From Miltoncostaeaceae bacterium (GTDB lineage: Bacteria > Actinomycetota > Thermoleophilia > Miltoncostaeales > Miltoncostaeaceae), in NCBI GenBank assembly GCA_030598395.1, contig JAUVPZ010000001.1, positions 1 to 46,387 of the forward strand: DNA of 46,387 bases, given 5' to 3'. The notes beneath the pieces were generated by a model, which was not told the origin of the DNA, did no database searches, and saw only the letters and a program-made list of their open reading frames with translations. Numbering within the stretch: the stretch's first letter is position 1; each line of letters begins with the position of its first letter. Made by a program: the position numbers and the translations under genes. Positions 27,529-36,457 of the stretch are shown here, piece by piece.

Positions 27529-28538
27529 GCACGGCGCTGGTCACTGGCGCCTCGGGCTTCGTTGGGGGCGCGGTGGCCCGCCACCTGCTGGAGGCTGGCT
27601 GGGACGTGCGGGCCCTCGTGCGCCCCGCCAGCCTGCCCGGCCGGCTCTGGCCTACCGGCTGCGAGCCGTACCCTGGCGACCTGCTGGAACCCGAGACGAT
27701 CGCAGCCGCCAGCCGCGGCGTGGATGCCGTGTTCCACGCCGGGGCCCACTACTCCCTGGCCCGGCGGGAGGGGCGGCGCGTCATGCGGGTGAACGTGGAG
27801 GGAACGCGCAACGTCCTCGGCGCGGCGGCCGAACGTGACGTCCCGGTGGTGCACACCTCCTCGGTGGCCACGGTGGGCCTGCCGGCGAGTGGCGCGCCCG
27901 GCGAGGAGGCGACGCCGTTGCCGCGCCGTCAGGTGATCGGCGCATACAAGCGCTCGAAGCTGGCCGCCGAGCAACTGGCGCGCGCCGCGGCCGCCGGCGG
28001 ACAGCGGGTGGTCATCGTCAATCCCACCGCGCCCGTGGGCCCCGGCGACCATCGCCCCACGCCCACCGGGCGGGTGGTGCGGGACGCCGCGGCCGGCAGG
28101 ATGCCGGTCGTGGTGGACACCGGCCTCAACGTGGCGCACGTGGACGACGTGGCGGCAGGGCACCTGCAGGCGCTGCAGCACGGCAGAACGGGGCGTCGTT
28201 ACATCCTCGGAGGCGATAACCTCACCCTCAAGTCAATCGTGAGTCTTGCCGCCGTCACGGACGGCAGGGCCCCAGTGCGGGCGACGATCCCGCACGCGCT
28301 CGGCATCGGCGTGGCGGCGCTGGACGAGCTGATCGCGGGCTGGGTGCTGGGCCGCGAGCCGCGAGCGCCGCTGGACGGTGCCCTGATGGCCCGCAAGCGC
28401 ATGTGGGTCACCAGCGCCCGCGCCGAGGCCGAGCTGGGCTACTCGGCCCGCCCATCCCGCCGGGCGATCGCCGACGCGGTCGCCTGGTTCACCGGCGGGA
28501 CCGCCGGCACGCCCGCGCCGGCCGGAGAGCCGGCGTGA
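27525..28538 (+). CDS. hpnA: hopanoid-associated NAD-dependent epimerase/dehydratase-family protein
   Basis: 3' part of ORF 26790..28538 from ATG 27525 (ATGA overlap): MSTALVTGASGFVGGAV (Rossmann motif), ...YKRSK (catalytic YxxxK). Confidence 0.8.
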   Translation: MSTALVTGASGFVGGAVARHLLEAGWDVRALVRPASLPGRLWPTGCEPYPGDLLEPETIAAASRGVDAVFHAGAHYSLARREGRRVMRVNVEGTRNVLGAAAERDVPVVHTSSVATVGLPASGAPGEEATPLPRRQVIGAYKRSKLAAEQLARAAAAGGQRVVIVNPTAPVGPGDHRPTPTGRVVRDAAAGRMPVVVDTGLNVAHVDDVAAGHLQALQHGRTGRRYILGGDNLTLKSIVSLAAVTDGRAPVRATIPHALGIGVAALDELIAGWVLGREPRAPLDGALMARKRMWVTSARAEAELGYSARPSRRAIADAVAWFTGGTAGTPAPAGEPA

Positions 28539-30445
28539 CGACAACCTCCGCCACCCAGGCCGGGCACTCGGCGGCCGAGCGCGCGCTGACCCGCGGCGCC
28601 CGGCGCCTGCTGGCCATGCAGCGCGATGGCGCCTACTGGTGGGAGGAGCTCGAGACAAACGCCGCCATCACCGCGGAGCACCTGTTCATGCTCAGCGCCT
28701 TCGGCTTGGCCACCGACGACCTGCGGGCCCGCATCGCCGCCGAGCTGCGCGCGACCCAGCGCCACGACGGGAGCTGGGCGATCTGGCACGAGGGGCCGCC
28801 CGACCTCAACGTCACCGCCGAGGCTTATTACGCGCTGCGGCTCGCCGGCGCCGACCCCGGCGAAACCCGAATGCGTCGAGCCCGCGACGTCGTGCTTGAC
28901 CTCGGCGGAGCCGACCATGCGCGCTTCTTCACGCGCCTGTGGCTGGCGGTGCTGGGTCAGTTCCCGTGGGGCGCGCTGCCCGTGCTGCCACCGGAGATGA
29001 TCTTCCTCCCGCCGCGCGCCCCCCTGTCGCCGTATCGCTTCGCCTGCTGGGCGCGCGGCACCTTCGTGGCCCTCATGATCGTGCTGTCGCGGCGGCCCAC
29101 CTTCCCGCAGCCGGTCAGCGCACGTGATCTGTTTCACGCCGAGCCCGGCGAGGGACCGCCGCCGGCGCCGCGCACGCCCGGGCGCTGGACGCCCATGCTG
29201 GCGCGCGGCGAGCGCCTGGCTCGCTGGTACGACCGCCACCCGCTGCGGCCGCTGCGCTCGCGGGCCGAGGCGCGGATCGTGCGCTGGATCTGCGACCCCC
29301 AGGAGGCCGACGGCTCGTGGGGCGGCATCCAGCCGCCGTGGGTCTACTCGCTGTTTGCGCTCCACGCGATGGGCTTCCCGCTGGACCACCCCGTGATGGC
29401 GCGCGGGCTCGCCGGCTTCGACGACACCTTCCGGCTCGACCTCGGCGAGCGCGGCGAGCGATTCCGCCTCCAGCCGTGCCTGTCGCCGGTCTGGGACACC
29501 GCGCTGGCCGTGGTCGCCCTGGCCGAGGCCGGCCACGCCGACGACCCGGCGTTGCGCTCGGCCGCCGACTGGCTGCTGGACCGGGAGGTCACGCGCTTGG
29601 GCGACTGGTGGGAGATCCCACGGCGCGGGCGGGCGGGAGGCTGGTCGTTCGAGTTCGAGAACGTCTGGTACCCCGACACCGACGACGCCGCCGAGGTGCT
29701 GCTGGCGCTGCGCAAGACCGGGGCGTCGCCCGACCACCCCGCCGTGCGTCGCGGCGTGGAGTGGTTGCTCACCATGCAGAGCCGCAACGGCGGCTGGGGC
29801 GCCTTCGACGTCGACAACGACCAGGCCATCATGACCCAGCTGCCGGTGTGCGACTTCGGTGAGGTGCTCGACCCGCCCACCGAAGACGTCACCGCGCACG
29901 TGGTCGAGGCGCTGGTGCACTGCGGCCTGGCCCCCTCGCACCCGGCCGTGCGCCGGGGCGTGGACTTCCTCCTGCGCACGCAGCGCCCCGACGGCTCGTG
30001 GTGGGGACGATGGGGCGTCAATCACATTTACGGGACTGGGGCGGCGCTGCCGGCGCTACGGGCGGCCGGACTGGAGCCCGAGGCGCCGCCGATGCAGCGC
30101 GCCGTGGCGTGGCTGGTCGAGCGCCAGAACCCCGACGGCGGCTGGGGCGAGCGTGTGGAGAGCTACTTCGATCCGGCCTGGGTCGGGCGGGGCGACAGCA
30201 CCCCCTCCCAGACCGCCTGGGCCCTGCTCGCGCTGCACGCGGCTGCGCCAGAGCACCCCGCTGCGGCCCGCGGGCTGGACCACCTCGCCGCGACGCAACG
30301 GCCGGACGGCACCTGGGACGAGCCCCAGTTCACGGGCACCGGCTTCCCCGGGGACTTCATGATCAACTACCACGGCTACCGGCAGTACTTCCCCGTCACG
30401 GCCCTGGCCCGCTTCCTGCGGTGCTCCGCTCCGGAGGTGGCGTGA
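28535..30445 (+). CDS. shc: squalene-hopene cyclase
   Basis: ORF 28403..30445 from GTG 28535 (GTGA overlap): repeated QW-type motifs (QRDGAYWW, QRHDGSWA, QSRNGGWGAF, QRPDGSWWGRW, QNPDGGWGE, QRPDGTW) and the catalytic DxDD region WYPDTDDAAEV. Confidence 0.95.
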   Translation: MTTTSATQAGHSAAERALTRGARRLLAMQRDGAYWWEELETNAAITAEHLFMLSAFGLATDDLRARIAAELRATQRHDGSWAIWHEGPPDLNVTAEAYYALRLAGADPGETRMRRARDVVLDLGGADHARFFTRLWLAVLGQFPWGALPVLPPEMIFLPPRAPLSPYRFACWARGTFVALMIVLSRRPTFPQPVSARDLFHAEPGEGPPPAPRTPGRWTPMLARGERLARWYDRHPLRPLRSRAEARIVRWICDPQEADGSWGGIQPPWVYSLFALHAMGFPLDHPVMARGLAGFDDTFRLDLGERGERFRLQPCLSPVWDTALAVVALAEAGHADDPALRSAADWLLDREVTRLGDWWEIPRRGRAGGWSFEFENVWYPDTDDAAEVLLALRKTGASPDHPAVRRGVEWLLTMQSRNGGWGAFDVDNDQAIMTQLPVCDFGEVLDPPTEDVTAHVVEALVHCGLAPSHPAVRRGVDFLLRTQRPDGSWWGRWGVNHIYGTGAALPALRAAGLEPEAPPMQRAVAWLVERQNPDGGWGERVESYFDPAWVGRGDSTPSQTAWALLALHAAAPEHPAAARGLDHLAATQRPDGTWDEPQFTGTGFPGDFMINYHGYRQYFPVTALARFLRCSAPEVA

Positions 30446-30586
30446 TGATCCGGCGCACGAAGACCGAGCGGGGCCAGGACTGAGGCGGCGGTCAATGGCG
30501 GGGCCTGTTGCCCGAGCCGAAGACACCGCATCGGCGACGGTTTGCAGCCGCCGGATCGCAAGAGGACCTCTGGAGCGGAGCACCAC

Positions 30587-31453
30587 ATGACGGCGGGCGC
30601 ACGCGCCCACGCCGCCTCGCGCCGTGCCGTGCGCAAGCACGACGAGAACTTCCCGGTGGCGTTCCGCCTGCTGCCGCGCGAGCGGCGACGGGCCATGGAC
30701 GCCATCTACGCCTTCTGCCGCGCCACCGACGACCTCGGCGACGAGGGCCCGAACGATCCGGCCGCCCGCCTCTTGGGCCTGGACGCCTGGGAGCGCGACC
30801 TTCGCGCCGCCTGGGAGGGGGCGCCGGACGATCCGCGCCTGGCGGCGCTCGCGATCGCGGTGCGCCGCTCCGAGCTGCCCATGGACCCCTTTCTTCGGCT
30901 GATCGAGGCCAACCGTATGGACCAGCGCCAGGATCGCTGGGAGACCTACGACGACCTGCTGCACTACTGCCGCCACTCGGCCACGCCGGTGGGCGAGATG
31001 GTGCTCGCCGTGCTGGGCTACCGCGACCGGTGGCGCATCGAGCTGAGCGACCACACGTGCATCGGCCTGCAGCTGATCAACTTCTGGCAGGACATCGCAC
31101 GCGACCTGGCCGACCGCGGCCGCGTCTACCTGCCGCGCGAGGACATGGCCCGCTTCGGCGTGAGCGAGGATGATCTGGCACGCCCGCCGGCCTCGTCCGC
31201 CACGCGCGATCTGGTGGCCTTCGAGGTGGAACGGGCGCGAGCACACCTGCAGGACGGAGCGCCGCTGGCCCGGCTGGTGCCTGCGCGCGCGCGGCTGGAC
31301 CTGCGCATGTTCACCGCTGGCGGGCTGGCGCTGTGCGACGCCATCGCGGCGCGGGGCCACGACACCATCTCGGGCCGCCCCGCCCTCGGCAGGGCCGGTC
31401 GCTCGCGCATCGCCGCGGGCGCGGTGTGGGCGATGATCCGGGGCCGCGCATGA
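30587..31453 (+). CDS. hpnC: hydroxysqualene synthase (squalene/phytoene synthase family)
   Basis: ORF 30542..31453, ATG 30587 with SD GGAGCGGAG: ...HDENFPVAFRLLP...YAFCRATDDLGDE...INFWQDIARD. Confidence 0.85.
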   Translation: MTAGARAHAASRRAVRKHDENFPVAFRLLPRERRRAMDAIYAFCRATDDLGDEGPNDPAARLLGLDAWERDLRAAWEGAPDDPRLAALAIAVRRSELPMDPFLRLIEANRMDQRQDRWETYDDLLHYCRHSATPVGEMVLAVLGYRDRWRIELSDHTCIGLQLINFWQDIARDLADRGRVYLPREDMARFGVSEDDLARPPASSATRDLVAFEVERARAHLQDGAPLARLVPARARLDLRMFTAGGLALCDAIAARGHDTISGRPALGRAGRSRIAAGAVWAMIRGRA

Positions 31454-32313
31454 CCGTGGAGAAGGCCTATGAACGCTGCCGCTCCATCGCGCGCGCCGAG
31501 GCCCGGAACTTCTACTACGGCTTCGTGCTGCTGCCGCCGGAGCGTCGAGCCGGGATCTACGCCGCCTACGCCTTCAGCCGCCGGGCGGACGACAGCGTGG
31601 ACGGCGACGAGCCGGTGCCCGAGAAGCTCGAGGCGGTGGCCGAGCGGCGTCGCGAGCTGGACGCCTGCTACCTGGGCACGCCGCCGCCGGACGACGCGGT
31701 GCTTGTGGCGCTGGCCGACACCGTGCGTCGTTTCGGCGTGCCGCGCCGCCATCTGGACGCCCTGGTGGACGGGGTCGAGATGGACCTCACCCGGTCGCGC
31801 TACGCCACCTTCGACGAGCTGGAGGGCTACTGCAACCGCGTGGCCGGCGCCGTGGGGCTGGTGAGCCTCTACATCTTCGGCTTTCGCGACCCCGCCGCGC
31901 CGGAGCTGGCACGGGAGCTGGGCGTCGCGATGCAGCTGGTGAACATCATGCGCGACGTGGCCGAGGACGCGGAGCGCGACCGCATCTACCTGCCCATGGA
32001 CGAGCTGGCCGACTGCGGGGTGACGGAGGCCGACATCCTCTCCGCGACCAGCTCGCCGGCGTTTCGCGCGGTGATGGCCCGCAACGGTGTGCGCGCCCGC
32101 GAGCGCTTCGCCCGGGGAGAGCGGCTGCTTCCGCTGCTGGATCGCCGCGCCCGCATGTGCGTGGCCATGTTGTCGGGCCTCTACCGCGAGATCCTCGGCG
32201 ACATCGAGGCTTGCGACTACGACGTGTTCGCGGGCCGCGTGCGCCTCTCGACGCCCCGAAAGCTGCGTCTGATGGGCCGCCGCACCGCCTGGAGCCTCCG
32301 GGGAGCATCCTGA
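31450..32313 (+). CDS. hpnD: presqualene diphosphate synthase
   Basis: 3' part of ORF 31333..32313 from ATG 31450 (ATGA overlap): ...ARNFYYGFVLLPPERR...YAFSRRADDSVD...VNIMRDVAEDAERDRIYLP. Confidence 0.85.
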   Translation: MTVEKAYERCRSIARAEARNFYYGFVLLPPERRAGIYAAYAFSRRADDSVDGDEPVPEKLEAVAERRRELDACYLGTPPPDDAVLVALADTVRRFGVPRRHLDALVDGVEMDLTRSRYATFDELEGYCNRVAGAVGLVSLYIFGFRDPAAPELARELGVAMQLVNIMRDVAEDAERDRIYLPMDELADCGVTEADILSATSSPAFRAVMARNGVRARERFARGERLLPLLDRRARMCVAMLSGLYREILGDIEACDYDVFAGRVRLSTPRKLRLMGRRTAWSLRGAS

Positions 32314-32333
32314 GCGCCCCCCGAAGGCGCGTC

Positions 32334-33647
32334 GTGGTGTGCGGCGGCGGCCTGGCCGGCGTGGCGGCCGCGTGCGAGGCGGCCGGTGCCGGCGCCCAGG
32401 TCACCCTGGTCGAGCGGCGGCCGTTCCTGGGCGGGAAGGCATACAGCTTCCGCACCAGCGCCGGGCGGGAGCTGGACAACGGCCAGCACGTCTTCCTGGG
32501 GTGCTGCCCCGCCTACATCGCGTTGCTGCGGCTGCTTGGGACGCTGGATCGAGTTGTGCTGCAGCGGCGCATGCGCATCGCCGTGCGCGATCGCGCCGGG
32601 GTCCGGGGCGCGCTGTGGGCCGCACCCCTGCCGGCACCGGCGCACCTGGGACCGGCCTTTGCGTCGTACCCTCACCTGACAACCCGCGAGAAGGCCACCG
32701 CCACGCGAGCGCTCGCTGCCCTGCGGGTCATGGGTGAACGCGGACGGCGGCAGATCGACGACGTCACGTTTCTGGAGTGGCTCGAGGCGCACGGCCAGAG
32801 CCGGCGGGCGGTACAGGCGCTGTGGGACTTGATCGTGCTGCCGACCTGCAACGACCGCAGCCAGCGCGTGTCGGCGGGCCTTGCGGCGTTCGTGTTCCAG
32901 GAAGGCCTCCTGCGCCGCCGCGACGCGTCGGCCGTGGGCTACGCCCGCGTGGGGCTCACGGGCCTCGTGGACCCCGCCGCCCGCCAGTTTCTCGCGGCGC
33001 GCGGCGGACGCGTGCTGGACAGCAGCGCGGTCGCCGAGGCCGGCCCCGGCGGCGTCTGGCTCACCGACGGCCGGCATCTGCCCGCCGACGGCGTGGTGCT
33101 GGCCCTGCCTCCCGAGCGCACCCGGGAGGTCGCCTCTGCGGCGCTGCCCGAGGACCCCGGCCTGGGCAGCTCACCCATCGTCAACGTGCACGTGTGGTAC
33201 GACCGGCCGGTGATGGACGAGGAGTTCGAGGCGGTCATCGACAGCCCGGCGCAGTGGGTGTTCAACCGCACGGCCATCGCCGGCTCCGGGCCCGGACAGC
33301 ACCTCGCCGTGTCGATCAGCGGAGCGCGCGAGGAGGTGGACGTGCCCCGCGAGGAGCTGGCAGCGCGGATCATCGCCGAGCTGGCCCACCTGTACCCGCG
33401 GGCCAGCGACGCGCGCATCGAGGAGGTGGCCGTGGTCAAGGAGCCGCACGCCACCTTCGCCGCGGCCCCGGGCCAGGCCGCCCGGCGGCCGGGCCCGCAC
33501 ACGCCGCTGGAGCACGTCGCCCTGGCGGGCGCGTGGACGGCCACCGGCTGGCCGGCGACCATGGAAGGGGCCGTGCGCAGCGGCATCAGGGCGGCACGCG
33601 TGGCGCTCGAGCAGCACGTAAAGCCTGCGGTCTCGCGATTTGCGTGA
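32334..33647 (+). CDS. hpnE: hydroxysqualene dehydroxylase (FAD-dependent amine-oxidase/phytoene-desaturase family)
   Basis: 3' part of ORF 32157..33647: dinucleotide-binding motif VVVCGGGLAGVAAACEAA...VTLVERRPFLGGKA. First canonical start near the hpnD stop is GTG 32334. A CTG at 32310 (CTGA overlap) would give a more typical N-terminus. Confidence 0.8.
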   Translation: MVCGGGLAGVAAACEAAGAGAQVTLVERRPFLGGKAYSFRTSAGRELDNGQHVFLGCCPAYIALLRLLGTLDRVVLQRRMRIAVRDRAGVRGALWAAPLPAPAHLGPAFASYPHLTTREKATATRALAALRVMGERGRRQIDDVTFLEWLEAHGQSRRAVQALWDLIVLPTCNDRSQRVSAGLAAFVFQEGLLRRRDASAVGYARVGLTGLVDPAARQFLAARGGRVLDSSAVAEAGPGGVWLTDGRHLPADGVVLALPPERTREVASAALPEDPGLGSSPIVNVHVWYDRPVMDEEFEAVIDSPAQWVFNRTAIAGSGPGQHLAVSISGAREEVDVPREELAARIIAELAHLYPRASDARIEEVAVVKEPHATFAAAPGQAARRPGPHTPLEHVALAGAWTATGWPATMEGAVRSGIRAARVALEQHVKPAVSRFA

Positions 33648-33684
33648 TACGCGCGCCGGACACCGGCGGCAGACGACGGGCCAG

Positions 33685-33716
33685 GTGGGGCGATCGTCAT
33701 ACCCGCGCCGCCCCAC
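33685..33716 (+). terminator. 8-bp GC-rich hairpin downstream of hpnE (candidate cluster terminator)
   Basis: GTGGGGCG at 33685-33692 and CGCCCCAC at 33709-33716, 16-nt loop, followed by TT. Confidence 0.4.
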
Positions 33717-33740
33717 TTCGGCCGCCCGGGGCGTCACCAT

Positions 33741-34169
33741 GTGCTCAAGGCTCCCCGGCTCGCGCCGAAATTCGCCTCGGAACCCCCCGAACCCGAGCGA
33801 CCGCACCTGAGCGACAACACCTTCACCTCTCCCCTGCCCACGTTTGAGACCGCCCTTCGGCGGGTGCGGGAGCGCGCCCAGCCCCTGTGGCACTGCGACC
33901 GCTGCGACTCGGGCCTGGTGCAGGCCGTCGGCGCCGACGCGGCGCGGCCGGGCCGGTGGCGGGTCAGGCGCCGCTGCCCCGAGTGCGGCCGTCACGACGT
34001 CGTCGAGGCGGGCACGTTGGCCGTCGACGCCTTCGACGATGAGTTGCTGGCCGGGCACGAGGACCTGCTGGCCGCCTACCGGCGCATCTCGGGGCTCACC
34101 ATGCGCGAGGACGCCGAACGCATCGTCACTGCGCTGCGCGCCGACGCCATTCAGCCCTTCGACTTCTGA
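33741..34169 (+). CDS. hypothetical zinc-ribbon protein
   Basis: ORF 33741..34169 (GTG start uncertain): CDRC...(25 aa)...CPEC four-Cys pattern, then a helical acidic C-terminal region ending IQPFDF. High GC3. Confidence 0.5.
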   Translation: MLKAPRLAPKFASEPPEPERPHLSDNTFTSPLPTFETALRRVRERAQPLWHCDRCDSGLVQAVGADAARPGRWRVRRRCPECGRHDVVEAGTLAVDAFDDELLAGHEDLLAAYRRISGLTMREDAERIVTALRADAIQPFDF

Positions 34170-35047
34170 GCCGCCTCGGCCGGCTCGCCCTGCCGGCCCA
34201 CGTCGTAGACATCGACCGTGCTGCGGGTCAGCAGCCACACGCCGATGCCCACCAGCACCAGCCCCAGGCCGAGCTGGATGGCGTCGTCGGGGTCCGCGGG
34301 CCACGCCTCACCGAACAGCACCGGCGCCATTGCGACGGGCACGAGGGTGTTGATGACCGCCACGATCGACTCCACGCTGGTGGCGTGGCCGGCCTGCAGC
34401 GCACTGGTCTTGGCGGTGTAGCCCAGTGCGCCCACGCTGACCGCCGACAGCAGCGCAACCGCGAACAGCATCCAGCGCCCGCTGTCGACCGAGTCGGCCA
34501 TCAGCTTCGACAGGACGCCGTTGAGCGCCCAGGCGAAGCCCACCGAGACCGCGATCATGCGCGGGTCGATACGGCCCCCGCGCGCACGCATCACGAACAC
34601 GGCCAGCGCCCCACCGAGCAGGATGAGCACCACCACGGCCCATCGCCCGGGGCCCGCCACCGTCACGGTCCGCTCGGGCGAGTTCACGGCCACCAGCGCG
34701 ACGCCGCCGGCCAGCATCACGATGCCCAGCAGCGCCGGGGGCTCCACGCGCTCGCCGAGGACGATGTATGAGAAGCCCACCAGCAGGAACAGCCCCAGCG
34801 CCATCCCCGGCGCCACGATGGTGAGGGGTGCGACCAGCAGCGCCAGGGTCTTGAGGATCCAGCCGCCGAGATCCAGCGCGGCCGCCAGCCGCCACACGGG
34901 CCGGCGCACCAAACTGGTCAGCATGGTGAGCTTGAGGTTGGCCTCGCGCGGGACCTTGCGGGCCTCCCTGGCCGTGAGGGCCACGGCCAGGGAGGCCGCG
35001 GTCGCCGCGGCAGCGATCAGCACCACCGTGAGCAACGCGTTGTCCAT
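34151..35047 (-). CDS. polytopic membrane protein, DMT-superfamily-like (EamA/NIPA-like)
   Basis: ORF 34151..35047, 298 aa, about 9 hydrophobic helices. The family call is tentative. Confidence 0.6.
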   Translation of the reverse strand: MDNALLTVVLIAAAATAASLAVALTAREARKVPREANLKLTMLTSLVRRPVWRLAAALDLGGWILKTLALLVAPLTIVAPGMALGLFLLVGFSYIVLGERVEPPALLGIVMLAGGVALVAVNSPERTVTVAGPGRWAVVVLILLGGALAVFVMRARGGRIDPRMIAVSVGFAWALNGVLSKLMADSVDSGRWMLFAVALLSAVSVGALGYTAKTSALQAGHATSVESIVAVINTLVPVAMAPVLFGEAWPADPDDAIQLGLGLVLVGIGVWLLTRSTVDVYDVGRQGEPAEAAQKSKG

Positions 35048-35113
35048 GGCCGGCTAGCGCCTTGGGCCCTGCGCTACGATCGCCGCCGGTCCGTCCCCGA
35101 CCCCCCGGAGTCG

Positions 35114-35896
35114 ATGAGCCCACCCCGCCGCCGGCCCTCGCGCATCCCTGGATTGGCACGGCGCGCCCTGGCCGGGTTGCAGCGCGTGGCGAACGACGTG
35201 GGCAGCGGCCGCCGCGAGGCGGCCATCATGGTCGGCGCGTTCGCGCTCTACAGCGCCGTGCGCGCGCTGGGGCGCACCAACATCGCCGAGGGCCTGCGCA
35301 ACGCCGAGCAGCTCGAGCGCATCCAGCGCCGGCTGGGCATCGACGTCGAGGCTCGGGTTCAACGCTTCTTCCTGCGCCATCGCCTGGGCATGCCGGTCTG
35401 GAACGCGCTGTACCTCGGCAGCCAACTGGTGGTGATGCCCATGAACCTGTTCTTGGTACACCGCTACCGTCGTAACTCCTGGCCGTTCGTGCGCAATCTC
35501 GCGCTGATCAGCTGGACCGCAGGGCTGGTGTGGTACGCGGCCAAGCCCACCGCGCCGCCGCGCCTGCGGTCGGCCGAAATCGTCGACACCGTCAGCTCGC
35601 AGACAACCCTCCAGCTGGACTCCCGCCTGGTCCGCAGTCTCTACAACCCCGTGGCCGCCATGCCCAGCCTTCACGTGGGCATGTCCCCGATCGCCGCATG
35701 GGCCCTGATACGCCTCACCCCCTGGACGTGGACTCAGGCCCTCGGATACGCCTATCCAGCGCTCGTAACCGTAGCCGTCGTCGTCACCGGCAACCACTAC
35801 GTGCTGGACGTGGCCGGGGGGCTGGCGGTGGTGCTGCCCGCCGTGGCGGTGGCCGGTTGCCTCTCGCCCCCCGACAGGGGCACGGCACGGGCCTGA
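35114..35896 (+). CDS. PAP2_C-type membrane enzyme (inositol-phosphorylceramide/sphingomyelin-synthase-like phosphotransferase fold)
   Basis: ORF 35114..35896: ...AAMPSLHVG...VVVTGNHYVLDVAGG, matching the C2/C3 catalytic His/Asp motifs of the PAP2_C group. SD GGAG upstream. Confidence 0.65.
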   Translation: MSPPRRRPSRIPGLARRALAGLQRVANDVGSGRREAAIMVGAFALYSAVRALGRTNIAEGLRNAEQLERIQRRLGIDVEARVQRFFLRHRLGMPVWNALYLGSQLVVMPMNLFLVHRYRRNSWPFVRNLALISWTAGLVWYAAKPTAPPRLRSAEIVDTVSSQTTLQLDSRLVRSLYNPVAAMPSLHVGMSPIAAWALIRLTPWTWTQALGYAYPALVTVAVVVTGNHYVLDVAGGLAVVLPAVAVAGCLSPPDRGTARA

Positions 35897-35899
35897 GCG

Positions 35900-36253
35900 C
35901 TACGCGGCCGGCGGCTCGGTGAGCGACCTGAGGATGGCGATCGTGGGCCTGGGGTTGTCCTCGGCCCGACGGTTCACCTCGACGATGCCCTGCATCAGGT
36001 CGCGGTAGGTCCCCGGCTCGCCCAGCCCCTCCACCTGCAGCTCCATCGCCAGCAGGTTGGACCAGCCGATGAGGCTGGACAGCGGCTCGGCCTCGCCATC
36101 CAGCAACGCCTGCTCGAGCACCAGCCCGCCGAGGCCCCGCAGCTCGGCGATGACCACGGCGCGCGCGCGCGGCGGCCGGGGCTTGGCGCGGCTGCGCCGA
36201 CGGCGCGGTCGCGGCGTGGTGGCATGCTCGTGCGGCGTGCTGGCGGTGGCCAT
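35900..36253 (-). CDS. hypothetical protein with an Arg/Pro-rich basic N-terminal tail
   Basis: ORF 35900..36412, start placed at ATG 36253 (MATASTPHEHATTPRPRRRRSRAKPRPPRAR...). Last gene of the gad operon; its stop lies 4 nt from the convergent PAP2_C stop. Confidence 0.5.
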   Translation of the reverse strand: MATASTPHEHATTPRPRRRRSRAKPRPPRARAVVIAELRGLGGLVLEQALLDGEAEPLSSLIGWSNLLAMELQVEGLGEPGTYRDLMQGIVEVNRRAEDNPRPTIAILRSLTEPPAA

Positions 36254-36457
36254 GGGCGGGCGACTCCGGGCGGGGACGGTGTGCCCTACAACTCGGCGGC
36301 GGCGGGTCAAACATGTTCCCCCATTCGGGTGAACGGATACGCGGGGCCGGCCGAATCCGGCGGGGATCGACCGCCCGCTCGGCGCCGAGCCGGAGAGGCG
36401 CGCGATGAGCAACCGCCAGCCCCCGTCGGCGGGGGCTGAGCGCCGAGCAGGCCGCGG

